Shown here in pieces: positions 18,911 through 27,684 of a DNA stretch of 64,000 bases (its first letter is position 1; the number at the start of each line of letters is the position of its first letter). The stretch comes from Treponema sp. TIM-1 (GTDB taxonomy: Bacteria > Spirochaetota > Spirochaetia > Treponematales > Breznakiellaceae), in contig NZ_JAJQRC010000002.1 of assembly GCF_046533115.1 (NCBI RefSeq), positions 43,708-107,707 on the forward strand, read 5' to 3'. The notes under the pieces were generated by a model. It was not told where the DNA came from and searched no databases. It saw only the letters and a program-made list of their open reading frames with translations. The translations under genes and the position numbers were made by a program.

Positions 18911-19837
18911 TTAATCCACATACTCCAGGGGAAAAACCGACCGATCCCGGGAGAGGACCGTATTGGGAAAAATATCCCGGGCTTCCTGCAGTAGCGTCTT
19001 AAGGTTGTATTCATTGTACCGGGGGCTGTAATGGATCAGGGCGAGCTTTTTTACCCCCGCGGCAGCGGCGATTTGGGCGGCCTGTTCCGCGGTCATGTGT
19101 TTTTTTTCCCGGGCGCTTTCTTCCAGCTCTTTTTCAAACATTCCCTCGCAGACAAAAAAATCCGAACCCGCCACCTCGGCGGCAATCTCAGGAAAAGCCA
19201 GGGTATCGGTCACAAAGGAAAATTTTCTTCCTGAACGGGATTCCCCCAGTACCTGATCAGGGAATACCTCGGAGCCGTCCGCGGCCCGGACAGACTCCCC
19301 GGCCTGAAGCCTGGACCAAAGGGGACCCCGGGGAACCCCCAATGCCATGGCTTTTTCGGGGTGGAATTCCCCGGGGCGGCGGTTTTCTTCAAATACATAA
19401 CCCATACAGGGTTTGGTATGCCTCAAAAGAAAAGCCCGTACCTGAAAGTCCTCCCCGGTATATACTATTCCGGGAGAATTTATTTCCTTAACCACGATTT
19501 CATAGTTGATATACATATCCAGGGTACGGCGATTGGTTTCAATATATTCGGCGATTCCCCGGGGACCGATGATGTATAGGGGATCGTCCCGGTCCACTTG
19601 GGAGGAAAGCATCAGGATTCCCGGAATACCCGTCACATGATCCGCGTGGAGGTGGCTTACAAAGATAACGGAAATTTTCTTCCACCGGAGGTTTAACCGG
19701 CGCAGGGAAACCTGGGTCCCCTCCCCTCCATCAAAGAGGAAAAGCTCCCCTTCCCGCCGGAGTAGGACCGAAGTTAAGTGCCGGTTGGGCAGGGGCATCA
19801 TGCCCCCGCAGCCGAGGATAAAGGCTTCCAGGTTCAT
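18911..19837 (-). CDS. rnz: Ribonuclease Z (MBL fold, short form)
   Basis: HxHxDH motif VSHLHADHVTG. The N-terminus FILGCGGMMPLPNRHLTSVLL is typical of the ElaC family. 308 aa. Confidence 0.75.
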   Translation of the reverse strand: MNLEAFILGCGGMMPLPNRHLTSVLLRREGELFLFDGGEGTQVSLRRLNLRWKKISVIFVSHLHADHVTGIPGILMLSSQVDRDDPLYIIGPRGIAEYIETNRRTLDMYINYEIVVKEINSPGIVYTGEDFQVRAFLLRHTKPCMGYVFEENRRPGEFHPEKAMALGVPRGPLWSRLQAGESVRAADGSEVFPDQVLGESRSGRKFSFVTDTLAFPEIAAEVAGSDFFVCEGMFEKELEESAREKKHMTAEQAAQIAAAAGVKKLALIHYSPRYNEYNLKTLLQEARDIFPNTVLSRDRSVFPLEYVD

Positions 19838-20877
19838 CGTTTTTTTATACTCCGTAAAAATTTCCGCAGGGACTCAGCAACGGTAAAAAGGCTTTTCCTT
19901 GCCCCTCGGTAAGTATAATCCCAGCTTCCACTCCGGTGGATAATCCGGCCCCCAAAACCGGTCTTAAACCGGTATAGTCCCGCCATGGGATGGGTGGGGT
20001 CCTCCCGGGGAGGGATGCCGTAAAGGTCATATTCCATACAGCCGGCGGCCCGGGCATCCTGCATAGCCCGCCATTGCAGGGCGTAGGGAGCCATAAGATT
20101 CCGCTTTTGATTGGAAGAGGCTCCATAGAGGTAGACCGCCTCAGGGCCCCGGAAGAGCACGATGCTACCGGCGATGGGGACCCCTTCGTGGGAGGCCAGA
20201 TAAAGACGGAACTCCTGGGCGGATTTTTCCCGGGAACAGACAAAAAGGGTCTTATAGTATTCCGGACCGTGGATGGCGATACCGTCCCGTTTTGCCGTTT
20301 CCCGGTAGAGGGCATAAAAAACATCCAGATCCTGCTCGTCCCGGCGATCCACCACGACCCCCTTCTTTGCCGCAAGGCCGATGTTGTAACGCCACTTGGG
20401 TTTCATTCCCCCCAGGAGCTCTTCTTCGGAAGCCGCAAGGCCCATAATCACCGTATCCGGCGGCTGGACATCCATTCCCGCCCGGGAAAAGGGGGGATCT
20501 ATCCGGGGAGGAGCGGTTTCGGCCCCTTCGGTATACCAGGGGGGATCAAAGCGGATAAAAGCCGTATTTCCGGGCAAGAGGGACCGTAAAGCCTGGGCTA
20601 GCTCCTTGAGGGCGCCGTTTCGGGCCCCGTCATCGGTAGGAAAGGCCGGGGGCAGTTCCGGCCCCCAGGGAACATAAGCGAAGGAAAGAGCCGGCGCCAG
20701 GGGCCGCCAGAGGATCAGGAGGGACAGAGCTTCCGCCCCGGCCCAATCCGCCAGAAAAGCCCGGGCCGTCCAACCGAACCGGGCCTTGAAGTCCCCCCAA
20801 AAGTCTGACTGGAGGAAAGAGCCTGCTTTCCCACAGCAGGATAGCTCGGCGGGAATGATACCGCGAAGATATCGCAT
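19834..20877 (-). CDS. FemAB family peptidoglycan bridge-forming aminoacyltransferase
   Basis: LFRGPEAVYLYGASSNQKRNLMAPYALQWRAMQDARAAGCMEYDLYGIP is a FemAB family block. The first 30 codons of the six-frame ORF (to 20967) read through two repeat copies. The probable start is the ATG at 20877, giving MRYLRG... Confidence 0.6.
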   Translation of the reverse strand: MRYLRGIIPAELSCCGKAGSFLQSDFWGDFKARFGWTARAFLADWAGAEALSLLILWRPLAPALSFAYVPWGPELPPAFPTDDGARNGALKELAQALRSLLPGNTAFIRFDPPWYTEGAETAPPRIDPPFSRAGMDVQPPDTVIMGLAASEEELLGGMKPKWRYNIGLAAKKGVVVDRRDEQDLDVFYALYRETAKRDGIAIHGPEYYKTLFVCSREKSAQEFRLYLASHEGVPIAGSIVLFRGPEAVYLYGASSNQKRNLMAPYALQWRAMQDARAAGCMEYDLYGIPPREDPTHPMAGLYRFKTGFGGRIIHRSGSWDYTYRGARKSLFTVAESLRKFLRSIKKR

Positions 20878-20890
20878 GGGGACAGAGCTC
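20878..20890 (+). repeat. GGGGACAGAGCTC repeat copy
   Basis: Exact 13-mer. First of two tandem copies, each within about 26 bp of conserved context GCATGGGGACAGAGCTC(A/G)ACTTGG. Confidence 0.8.
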
Positions 20891-20909
20891 AACTTGGAGG
20901 AGGCTGCAT

Positions 20910-20922
20910 GGGGACAGAGCTC
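20910..20922 (+). repeat. GGGGACAGAGCTC repeat copy
   Basis: Exact 13-mer. Second tandem copy, 32 bp after the first. Confidence 0.8.
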
Positions 20923-20966
20923 GACTTGGGAACTCAGATTGGGGATAGATTGTCCATTGGCAATCA

Positions 20967-23240
20967 TTAATGCACCTCGCCGGCGCCGATTACCTTAGTA
21001 TGGATGGGATTTCCCTGAAGGGTGAGAGCTCTGTCCCCAACGGTTACTTCATGGCTTACTACCTTGATAGGAATGGAGAAAAAGATATCGATATCTATCT
21101 CGGCAGGAGGTGTTCCGACGGGCAGACCTTGGATCTGTACCTGGGTACCGGTAGGGGTATCCCCCGCGTCGAGGACCTCCACCCGTTCATTACCCTCGGC
21201 ATCCTTATCGGAAGCTGCCAGGAGCATACCCCGGCTTTCCACTCCCCGGAGTTTTGCGGTTTTCAGGTTATAGGCGAGGATGATATGTTTACCCAAAAGC
21301 TCCTCTTCTTTATAAAAGGGGACAAGACCGGAGACGATAATCCGTTCCTCTCCGGCGATTTCCAAGGTTTCGATGTAAAGCTTGTCCGCCTTGGGATGCC
21401 GTTCGATTTTTACGATCCGGGCAACCCTGAGGTCCAGGGTTTGGATAAAACGATCCGGGGCCGGGAGGGTCTTTTCCGGGGGCGTATTCCCTGACACCGC
21501 CGGGGTATCTTCTGGTTTAGCGGCTTCCCGATCCATCCTATCCTTCTGACTGCCGGAATACCGTTCCCGCAGGTCCCGTACCAGGTCATCCTCTAAGCGG
21601 GGGAAAAGGACCTCACTTTTTTCAACCCTCAATAGTCCACCCTCCTGACCGATATCCTTCCAGGAAAGAATTTTTTCCTGGGCAGAACCCTGAGGCCCAA
21701 TGGCAAGACCAAAAAAGGATGCGATCTTCTCGGCGGCGGTGGGAATATAGGGATGGATCATCACCGCAATATCCCGAACCACATGGCAAAGATCCCGGAT
21801 GAGGACCGCCGCGGCCGGAGGATCCTCCGTCCGTTTCTTCCAGGGTTCACCATCCTGGAAGGTTTTATTAGCAAATGAGGATAATTCAAAGACGGTCCTG
21901 AAGGCATCCCGGAGTTCCGCCCGCTCCAGCTTTGCAGTAATATCGGCCTCGAAATTCCGCACCCGTTCCCAAAATGCCGGATTTCCGGGTTCACTGGGGA
22001 TCATCCCGTCATAATACCGGGTTACAAAGGAAAGGGTACGGTTCACCAGGTTCCCCAGATTACCGATCAACTCGCCGTTTACCTTCTCCTGAAAATCCTT
22101 CCAGGTAAAAAGGGCATCTGCCTTCTCCGGACGGTTATAAAATATATAAAAACGCCAAATATCCGTACCTATACCGGTATCCATGACATCGGTACCAAAA
22201 ACCCCCATTCCCTTGGATTTGGAAAATTTCCCCCCTTCGTAGTTCAGATATTCGGTACTGGACATGTGGTGCAGCATGGTCCAATTTTCCCCGGTTCCCA
22301 GAAGGCTTGAGGGAAAAATAACGGTATGGAAGGGAATATTGTCCTTACCAATGAACTGAAAGAGTTCCACCTGCCCGGGATTTTTCCACCAATCATCAAC
22401 AAAACAACGCCAGTCCCCGGTGGTCTCCGCCCCGTAATTTCCGGTGATGGAAATATATCCGATACAGGCATCGAACCAAACATAAAAAACCTTATTTTCA
22501 TACCCCACTTTGGGAACCGGGATGCCCCATTTCAGATCCCGGGTGATGGCCCGTTCCCGAAGGCCGTTACGGATCCAGGAATGGGTCATCTGCAAAGCGT
22601 TATTTGCCCAAAAGCCCTTGACCGAAGCATCCTTAAGCCATTCCTCAAGGCGATCCTTTAGCTGTGGGAGATCAATATAGAGATGTTTGGTTGATTTGAG
22701 TACCGGCTCAGAACCGCAGCTTGAACACCGGGGGGCCTTCAATTCCGTGGGGTCCAGAAGCTTACCGCAAACCTCGCACTGATCCCCCCGGGCATCCGGG
22801 GATCCGCAGTAGGGACAGATACCTCGGACATAACGATCCGCTAAAAACCTATCACAGTGGGCACAGTGAAGCTGCTCTATGGTACGCTCCACAATGAACC
22901 CATGGGCATCCAACTTTTTGAAGATATCCTGCACAATTTCGGTCTGAATCGGCGTTGTGGTCCGGCCGAATTTATCAAAGTTGATATTGAACCAACGATA
23001 AATGTCCGCATGGATAGCATAATAACGGTCACATAATTCCTGGGGGCTCACCCCTTCTTCGGCGGCCCTGGTTTCCGTGGCGGTACCGTATTCGTCGGTT
23101 CCACATATATAAAGAGTATCGTAGCCCCTGAGTCGGCAAAACCGGGCAAAGGCATCGGCAGACAGAACCTGGATAAGGTTCCCTAGATGGGGTACATTGT
23201 TTACATAGGGTAACGCAGAGGTTATTAATCTTCGTTTCAT
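20967..23240 (-). CDS. metG: Methionine--tRNA ligase with a C-terminal EMAP/Trbp111-like tRNA-binding domain
   Basis: HIGH-type motif PYVNNVPHLGNL, zinc knuckles and KMSKS. The C-terminus LRVARIVKIERHPKADKLYIETL is an OB-fold tRNA-binding domain. Confidence 0.9.
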   Translation of the reverse strand: MKRRLITSALPYVNNVPHLGNLIQVLSADAFARFCRLRGYDTLYICGTDEYGTATETRAAEEGVSPQELCDRYYAIHADIYRWFNINFDKFGRTTTPIQTEIVQDIFKKLDAHGFIVERTIEQLHCAHCDRFLADRYVRGICPYCGSPDARGDQCEVCGKLLDPTELKAPRCSSCGSEPVLKSTKHLYIDLPQLKDRLEEWLKDASVKGFWANNALQMTHSWIRNGLRERAITRDLKWGIPVPKVGYENKVFYVWFDACIGYISITGNYGAETTGDWRCFVDDWWKNPGQVELFQFIGKDNIPFHTVIFPSSLLGTGENWTMLHHMSSTEYLNYEGGKFSKSKGMGVFGTDVMDTGIGTDIWRFYIFYNRPEKADALFTWKDFQEKVNGELIGNLGNLVNRTLSFVTRYYDGMIPSEPGNPAFWERVRNFEADITAKLERAELRDAFRTVFELSSFANKTFQDGEPWKKRTEDPPAAAVLIRDLCHVVRDIAVMIHPYIPTAAEKIASFFGLAIGPQGSAQEKILSWKDIGQEGGLLRVEKSEVLFPRLEDDLVRDLRERYSGSQKDRMDREAAKPEDTPAVSGNTPPEKTLPAPDRFIQTLDLRVARIVKIERHPKADKLYIETLEIAGEERIIVSGLVPFYKEEELLGKHIILAYNLKTAKLRGVESRGMLLAASDKDAEGNERVEVLDAGDTPTGTQVQIQGLPVGTPPAEIDIDIFFSIPIKVVSHEVTVGDRALTLQGNPIHTKVIGAGEVH
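21025..21037 (-). repeat. GGGGACAGAGCTC repeat copy, inverted
   Basis: The plus strand reads GAGCTCTGTCCCC. It lies inside the last 25 codons of metG, encoding ...VGDRAL..., and is inverted relative to the two copies at 20878 and 20910. Confidence 0.8.
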
Positions 23241-23269
23241 ATTAGATCACTATAAAAAGGCGATACCGC

Positions 23270-23863
23270 TTAGTCAAGGTAAGGAAAAGGACCGGGCTTA
23301 GCTTTCTCCCGGAGCATTTCTGTGTAATACCGGGGTTCGATCCGGTCTTTTTTGATGCCGATTTTGTGGAGCAGCTCCAAAAGACGGAACCTGGCGGCTG
23401 TTACGGCTTCATTCGTATCATTATCGGTGATGATTTCCAGCTCTACAAACCAGCCGAGGCCTTCTACCTCGGTTAGCTCCGTGGTAATGCCCTCGCAGAT
23501 CCAGGCCCAGCCCCGTTTGTTTTTTTCTATACCCTTCTCAAGCCCCAGCCGGCGGAGTAACTCTTCAAAAGCAGTGTCATCGGATACTGAAAATTCCCGC
23601 TCATCGTTTATTTCTATACCCTCCCGGATCTCCTTGACCTTATAGGTTACCCACAAAGCGTGAGAAACCCTTCCGTCAGGATCGGTTTTGGTTTCCCGGC
23701 GGATCCGTACCCCTGATAGGGGGACAGAGCTGCCGGTCCCGGTAATAAACCAATAGGAATCCGCTTTCTCAAAGGATGTTTCAAGTCCGGCAAAGGAAAA
23801 AAGTCGGGCCCGTAAACCATCCGGATCATCCACCCAGGCTTTTAATTCTATTTCGATGGACAT
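23270..23863 (-). CDS. CYTH domain protein (class IV adenylate cyclase/triphosphatase-like)
   Basis: The N-terminus MSIEIELKAW...RIRRE carries the CYTH ExExK motif. 197 aa. Confidence 0.6.
   Translation of the reverse strand: MSIEIELKAWVDDPDGLRARLFSFAGLETSFEKADSYWFITGTGSSVPLSGVRIRRETKTDPDGRVSHALWVTYKVKEIREGIEINDEREFSVSDDTAFEELLRRLGLEKGIEKNKRGWAWICEGITTELTEVEGLGWFVELEIITDNDTNEAVTAARFRLLELLHKIGIKKDRIEPRYYTEMLREKAKPGPFPYLD
23720..23732 (+). repeat. GGGGACAGAGCTG repeat copy
   Basis: 12/13 match. It lies inside the CYTH gene on the opposite strand. Confidence 0.7.
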
Positions 23864-23917
23864 ATATACTCCCTTAGCGAAAATATTGAGTAAAAGTGGT
23901 TTGGAAACTGAAGTTCC

Positions 23918-24988
23918 CTATTGATTTTGCAGGGAAATTTCCTTGAAAACATCCTGAATTTCAATTACCGCATCGGTAAGGAAGGGATCGAACTGGGTTC
24001 CCCTGCCGTCACTGATTATTTTGATGGCTTCACTATAGGGGAAGGCTGCTTTATACACCCTGGAACAGACCAAAGCGTCATACACATCCACCAGGGAGAC
24101 GATCCGGGCGGAGAGGGGAATATCATACCCCTTAAGTCCCCGGGGATAACCTTTTCCATCAAACCGTTCATGGTGGCAATAACAAATATCCCGGCAATGT
24201 TTTAAATAAGGAGTATCGCTATGGGTCAAAATAGACTCGATAATGTTTTTCCCGATGGTGGTATGGGTTTTCATAATTTCAAATTCTTCCGGATCTAATT
24301 TTCCAGGCTTAAGGAGGATCTTATCGGGGATGCCTATCTTGCCCACATCGTGGAGGGCCACGGATTTGACAATAATATCCGGTTCAAGGCTGCGGAGTTC
24401 ATCCGCATAGGGAGATAATGATCCCATCACATGATCGATAAGGGCCTTTGAAAAAAACTGGGTTCTTTTAACATGGCTTCCGGACTCTAAATTACGGTAT
24501 TCTATGATATTTGCCATGGCCTGGAGCATGTTGTCCAAGGTTGAGGTTATTTCCGCAGCCTTTTCCGCAACCATCTCTTCCAAGCTGTCACTGTAATTCT
24601 TTAATTCAATCTGATTCATTACCCGGAGTTTTACAATTTCAGGCTGGAAGGGCTTAGAAATAAAATCCACCGCCCCGGCGGATAGGGCTTCGCTCTCCGA
24701 ATCCGAGGTGGTGATGAAGATTACTGGAATACGCTTGAGGGAATCATTGGTTTTCATCACATTGAGCATTTCATACCCATTCATCTCGGGCATAAAGACA
24801 TCAAGTAAAATGATTTTAGGTAAAACCTCAGCATGATACAGAATTTCCAGGGCTTCTTTCCCATTTTCCGCGGTAATAATATGATAACTATCCTTGAGGA
24901 TCTCCTCCAGGATGAGGAGATTCATTTCAACATCATCAACTACCAGAACCGTAGGAATTTTAGTACCGATCTTATCCATATTGCTCAA
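23918..24988 (-). CDS. Response regulator with an HD-GYP c-di-GMP phosphodiesterase domain
   Basis: REC domain with VLVVDD and LLDVFMPEMNGYEM. The HD-GYP core has HDVGKI and HHERFDGKGYPRGL. Confidence 0.85.
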   Translation of the reverse strand: MSNMDKIGTKIPTVLVVDDVEMNLLILEEILKDSYHIITAENGKEALEILYHAEVLPKIILLDVFMPEMNGYEMLNVMKTNDSLKRIPVIFITTSDSESEALSAGAVDFISKPFQPEIVKLRVMNQIELKNYSDSLEEMVAEKAAEITSTLDNMLQAMANIIEYRNLESGSHVKRTQFFSKALIDHVMGSLSPYADELRSLEPDIIVKSVALHDVGKIGIPDKILLKPGKLDPEEFEIMKTHTTIGKNIIESILTHSDTPYLKHCRDICYCHHERFDGKGYPRGLKGYDIPLSARIVSLVDVYDALVCSRVYKAAFPYSEAIKIISDGRGTQFDPFLTDAVIEIQDVFKEISLQNQ

Positions 24989-25343
24989 TTACCTTATCAA
25001 CATTTTTTATCGTCTCCTCAAAGCAGGTTTTAAAAGATTCCGGGACGCCGGATTTTACCTCTTTGTTTTTTATCTGGACTTCAAAATCAACAGACTGTTT
25101 GTAGAGCTCTGTTAAAGACAAATTAGCGGCAATCCCCTTAATAGTATGGACTAAGCCCTGGGCTTTTTCATAATCCGCCCCTTCTACCGCGGCGAGAAGG
25201 GCTTCCAGGCTGGGATCCGCCTTAAATTTGTTTAATAATTTTACATAGAGTTTGGTATTTCCCATCACCCGTTTGATGCCTTCCGTTAACTCAATATAAA
25301 CAACATCGTTATCAGCCATGCTCTTCTCCTCCTCGAAAAACAT
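24972..25343 (-). CDS. Hpt phosphotransfer domain protein
   Basis: 123 aa with the HxxKG motif VHTIKGIAANLSL. It overlaps and precedes the response-regulator gene. Confidence 0.6.
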   Translation of the reverse strand: MFFEEEKSMADNDVVYIELTEGIKRVMGNTKLYVKLLNKFKADPSLEALLAAVEGADYEKAQGLVHTIKGIAANLSLTELYKQSVDFEVQIKNKEVKSGVPESFKTCFEETIKNVDKVIEQYG

Positions 25344-25624
25344 TTTTACGATACGTATACTGAAAGTTTACCGGTTTTACACGATAATTGTCCATCCCGA
25401 CTGATAGTATTCTGTCAACATACCCTAAGCAAGGCCACAGAATATGCTCCCTTAATACAAATCAACAAATTCCACCCCCCAAACCTTGAAATTTAAAGAA
25501 ATAATTGAATAAAGTATACACAAAAAAATTCGTTTTAGCAATTAAAATAAGTTGAAATGTCATATTTTGAACCGGTAACGGTATTCCCGAAACTTCAATT
25601 TTGGGGGTGGCTAGGCGGTCCCCG

Positions 25625-26809
25625 TTAAAACCGTAGTCTGACCTTGGCGGTAACCAAACCGTTGGTTCCACTTATTTGTGGACCCAGTTCCCCCCGAAGG
25701 CCGTTTCCGGTAAAGGCATCCCGATCCAAAGGAACCCGACCGGTTAAACTGAGGGTTATCCCTTGAAAAAGGTCATGATCCAGGGTAAGGGATGGAGAAA
25801 AAGATATATCGTCCAGACTGCAAAGGACCGTAAGGTTTATCTGGGTATAATCACTAAAATGATAGAGGAAGGTACCGCAAAGGTAGTTCCGGTTTGAGAA
25901 TCCGGTTTGATTTTCAGTACTTTGCGCGGTGGACGACGCGGCCCCATTGTAAAGGTATTCAGTCAAAACATAGAAATTTCCGTTAAAAAAAGAATAGTCA
26001 AACCCGCTACTTATAGAAAGTCCGTCTATGCCGGTACGGACTTCATGGTTATATCTATAAAGCAGATCGACGATAAAGCCTAATTCCATATCCGCCTTAA
26101 GAGACAAACCGGTACGGTGGATTCCATATTCAGAAGTATCCTGAGGAGATTCAAAGCTATATAAGACCTGGATACTTGCCCGATCCCAATGTTTATCTCC
26201 GGATATTCCCATGAGAAACCCCTTGCCATGGGCGTTAAAAGGATTTTTAGGAGTAGTGGTAAAGGTGAGCAGCTTAATGGTATCTTCAGGGTAGACGGAA
26301 AGGGCTGCCCCCAGTACGGCCCGGGGGCGGGCATCAGGAAAGAGGGGATTTCGGGGATTAAGAAAATCAGACGGACTAAAAACCTGGCCAAATCCAAAAC
26401 CCAGACGCATGAGTCCCGTATCCACATCAAGATATTCGCCTTTTATCCGCATATAGAGCCGTTCTAGTTCCATGGCCGCCGCATAATTATCCCCCGTAAC
26501 AAAAGCGGAGGCAGAGAAGGGGTTTAAAGTTGCACCGGCAAAACCGGCTAGGGCGGAACTACCGGCGGCGGCAATAAGATTGAAAGCCCCATAAAAATCA
26601 GCTCTGTCCCCAATTTTTGTCTGAAACCGCAGATTTGCATACTCTTCCCAGCCGAATAAAAAGGGGGATATGTCCCCGGTACCACCCTGAAAACTCACCT
26701 TACTGTCCAAAAAGCCCGAAAGGGTAAATCCCTCTGCAAGCAGCTCTGTCCCCAAAGAGAGTAGAATCATCCCTAAAAACAAGCCGAAAATCCGGATCTT
26801 TCTTTTCAT
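25625..26809 (-). CDS. Putative outer-membrane beta-barrel protein
   Basis: Signal peptide MKRKIRIFGLFLGMILLSLGTELLA. The sequence has alternating beta-strand character and a C-terminal ...RLRF aromatic residue. It is the last gene of the ABC/LolA-like operon. Confidence 0.5.
   Translation of the reverse strand: MKRKIRIFGLFLGMILLSLGTELLAEGFTLSGFLDSKVSFQGGTGDISPFLFGWEEYANLRFQTKIGDRADFYGAFNLIAAAGSSALAGFAGATLNPFSASAFVTGDNYAAAMELERLYMRIKGEYLDVDTGLMRLGFGFGQVFSPSDFLNPRNPLFPDARPRAVLGAALSVYPEDTIKLLTFTTTPKNPFNAHGKGFLMGISGDKHWDRASIQVLYSFESPQDTSEYGIHRTGLSLKADMELGFIVDLLYRYNHEVRTGIDGLSISSGFDYSFFNGNFYVLTEYLYNGAASSTAQSTENQTGFSNRNYLCGTFLYHFSDYTQINLTVLCSLDDISFSPSLTLDHDLFQGITLSLTGRVPLDRDAFTGNGLRGELGPQISGTNGLVTAKVRLRF
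26599..26611 (-). repeat. GGGGACAGAGCTG repeat copy
   Basis: The plus strand reads CAGCTCTGTCCCC. It lies inside the OMP gene, encoding IGDRAD in frame 0. Confidence 0.7.
26741..26753 (-). repeat. GGGGACAGAGCTG repeat copy
   Basis: It lies inside the same OMP gene but in a different reading frame (LGTEL). Confidence 0.7.
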
Positions 26810-26832
26810 ACTATCATCCCTCCTTACTTTCC

Positions 26833-27579
26833 TTACCGTTCCAAATTTCTAGTGCTGAAGATCGAATTGGGGATGGGCTGATCCAGAATGATACTTTTCA
26901 GTACCAAGGTCGTTTTGCTGCCCCGGCGTAGGAGATCCCGAATCTCCGTTTCTACCGGGAAACGGCGGCCTTCGATTGTTTCGATCCTTTTCAGGTTGTA
27001 TTCTTTAAGCTTTATCCCGGACAGGGCAAAAAGTTCATAATGGATACAGTCTCCATTCTCTTTATCTATCCAAAGTTTCTGTTTCGGGTAACTTTCGGTC
27101 TTCTTTTTCGCACTTAAATCCAGGACCCAACAATCCCGGTTGTTCCAGATTTCGGACCCCGCAAGAACCGGATTATACCGGGCCGATAGTTTTTCATTCT
27201 CAATGGTATCCTCATAGGAAAGATCCGACCCCATCATACTCTCCTTAAGCATATGTCCCGAAACAAGCATCACCTCCTCGGTATCCGGGGAATACACATA
27301 GAGTCGTCCTCCCCTTTTGAGGTACTTGGTTCCCCGATCCTCAGGATTGGTAAACTCAGTAAAATTGTCGGTATTCTCCCGGGCCCAGGCCTTCATAGTC
27401 TTAACATAGCGCCGATTTTGATACTCAATGATCATCTCCCCTTCGTATTCAATGGTGGTATAAATCTCATTATCATCCACCCGCCGTAATAATTCCGCCG
27501 CAGACGGCGTCTGAGCGGACACAATGGCCGCCGCCATTAAAACAAACAAAACCGCAAATACCCTTACTTTCGTTTTCAT
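26833..27579 (-). CDS. LolA-like outer-membrane lipoprotein-sorting protein (COG2834)
   Basis: Start trimmed to MKTKVRVFAVLFVLMAAAIVSAQ with a GGAGG RBS. The conserved block FTNPEDRGTKYLKRGGRLYVYSPDTEEVMLVSGHMLKESMMGSDLSYED matches the family. Confidence 0.7.
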   Translation of the reverse strand: MKTKVRVFAVLFVLMAAAIVSAQTPSAAELLRRVDDNEIYTTIEYEGEMIIEYQNRRYVKTMKAWARENTDNFTEFTNPEDRGTKYLKRGGRLYVYSPDTEEVMLVSGHMLKESMMGSDLSYEDTIENEKLSARYNPVLAGSEIWNNRDCWVLDLSAKKKTESYPKQKLWIDKENGDCIHYELFALSGIKLKEYNLKRIETIEGRRFPVETEIRDLLRRGSKTTLVLKSIILDQPIPNSIFSTRNLER

Positions 27580-27597
27580 CGTAAACCTCCTAATAGT

Positions 27598-27676
27598 AAC
27601 TACGAACCACACTAACAAACACAAAAAGGAAAACATGCCGAACAAAAAGTTCGTGTTTTTCGTGTGGTTCGTAGTT
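27598..27676. repeat. Intergenic element with a 15-bp perfect inverted repeat (AACTACGAACCACAC / GTGTGGTTCGTAGTT) enclosing three 9-bp-spaced GTTCGTG-like units
   Basis: Units lie at 27649-55 (GTTCGTG), 27658-64 (TTTCGTG) and 27667-73 (GTTCGTA). The element sits between the FtsX permease stop and the LolA-like gene start. Confidence 0.6.
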
Positions 27677-27684
27677 GAAATTCT

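Noticed and set aside
19834-20967. Full-length 377-aa FemAB ORF starting at 20967
   Set aside because: The first 30 codons are encoded by two copies of the dispersed repeat. The internal ATG at 20877 gives an N-terminus consistent with the FemAB family. The long form is kept only as an alternative.
25462-25671. 69-aa minus-strand ORF between the Hpt gene and the OMP gene
   Set aside because: It overlaps the OMP stop and is AT-rich and low-complexity. There is no supporting signal.
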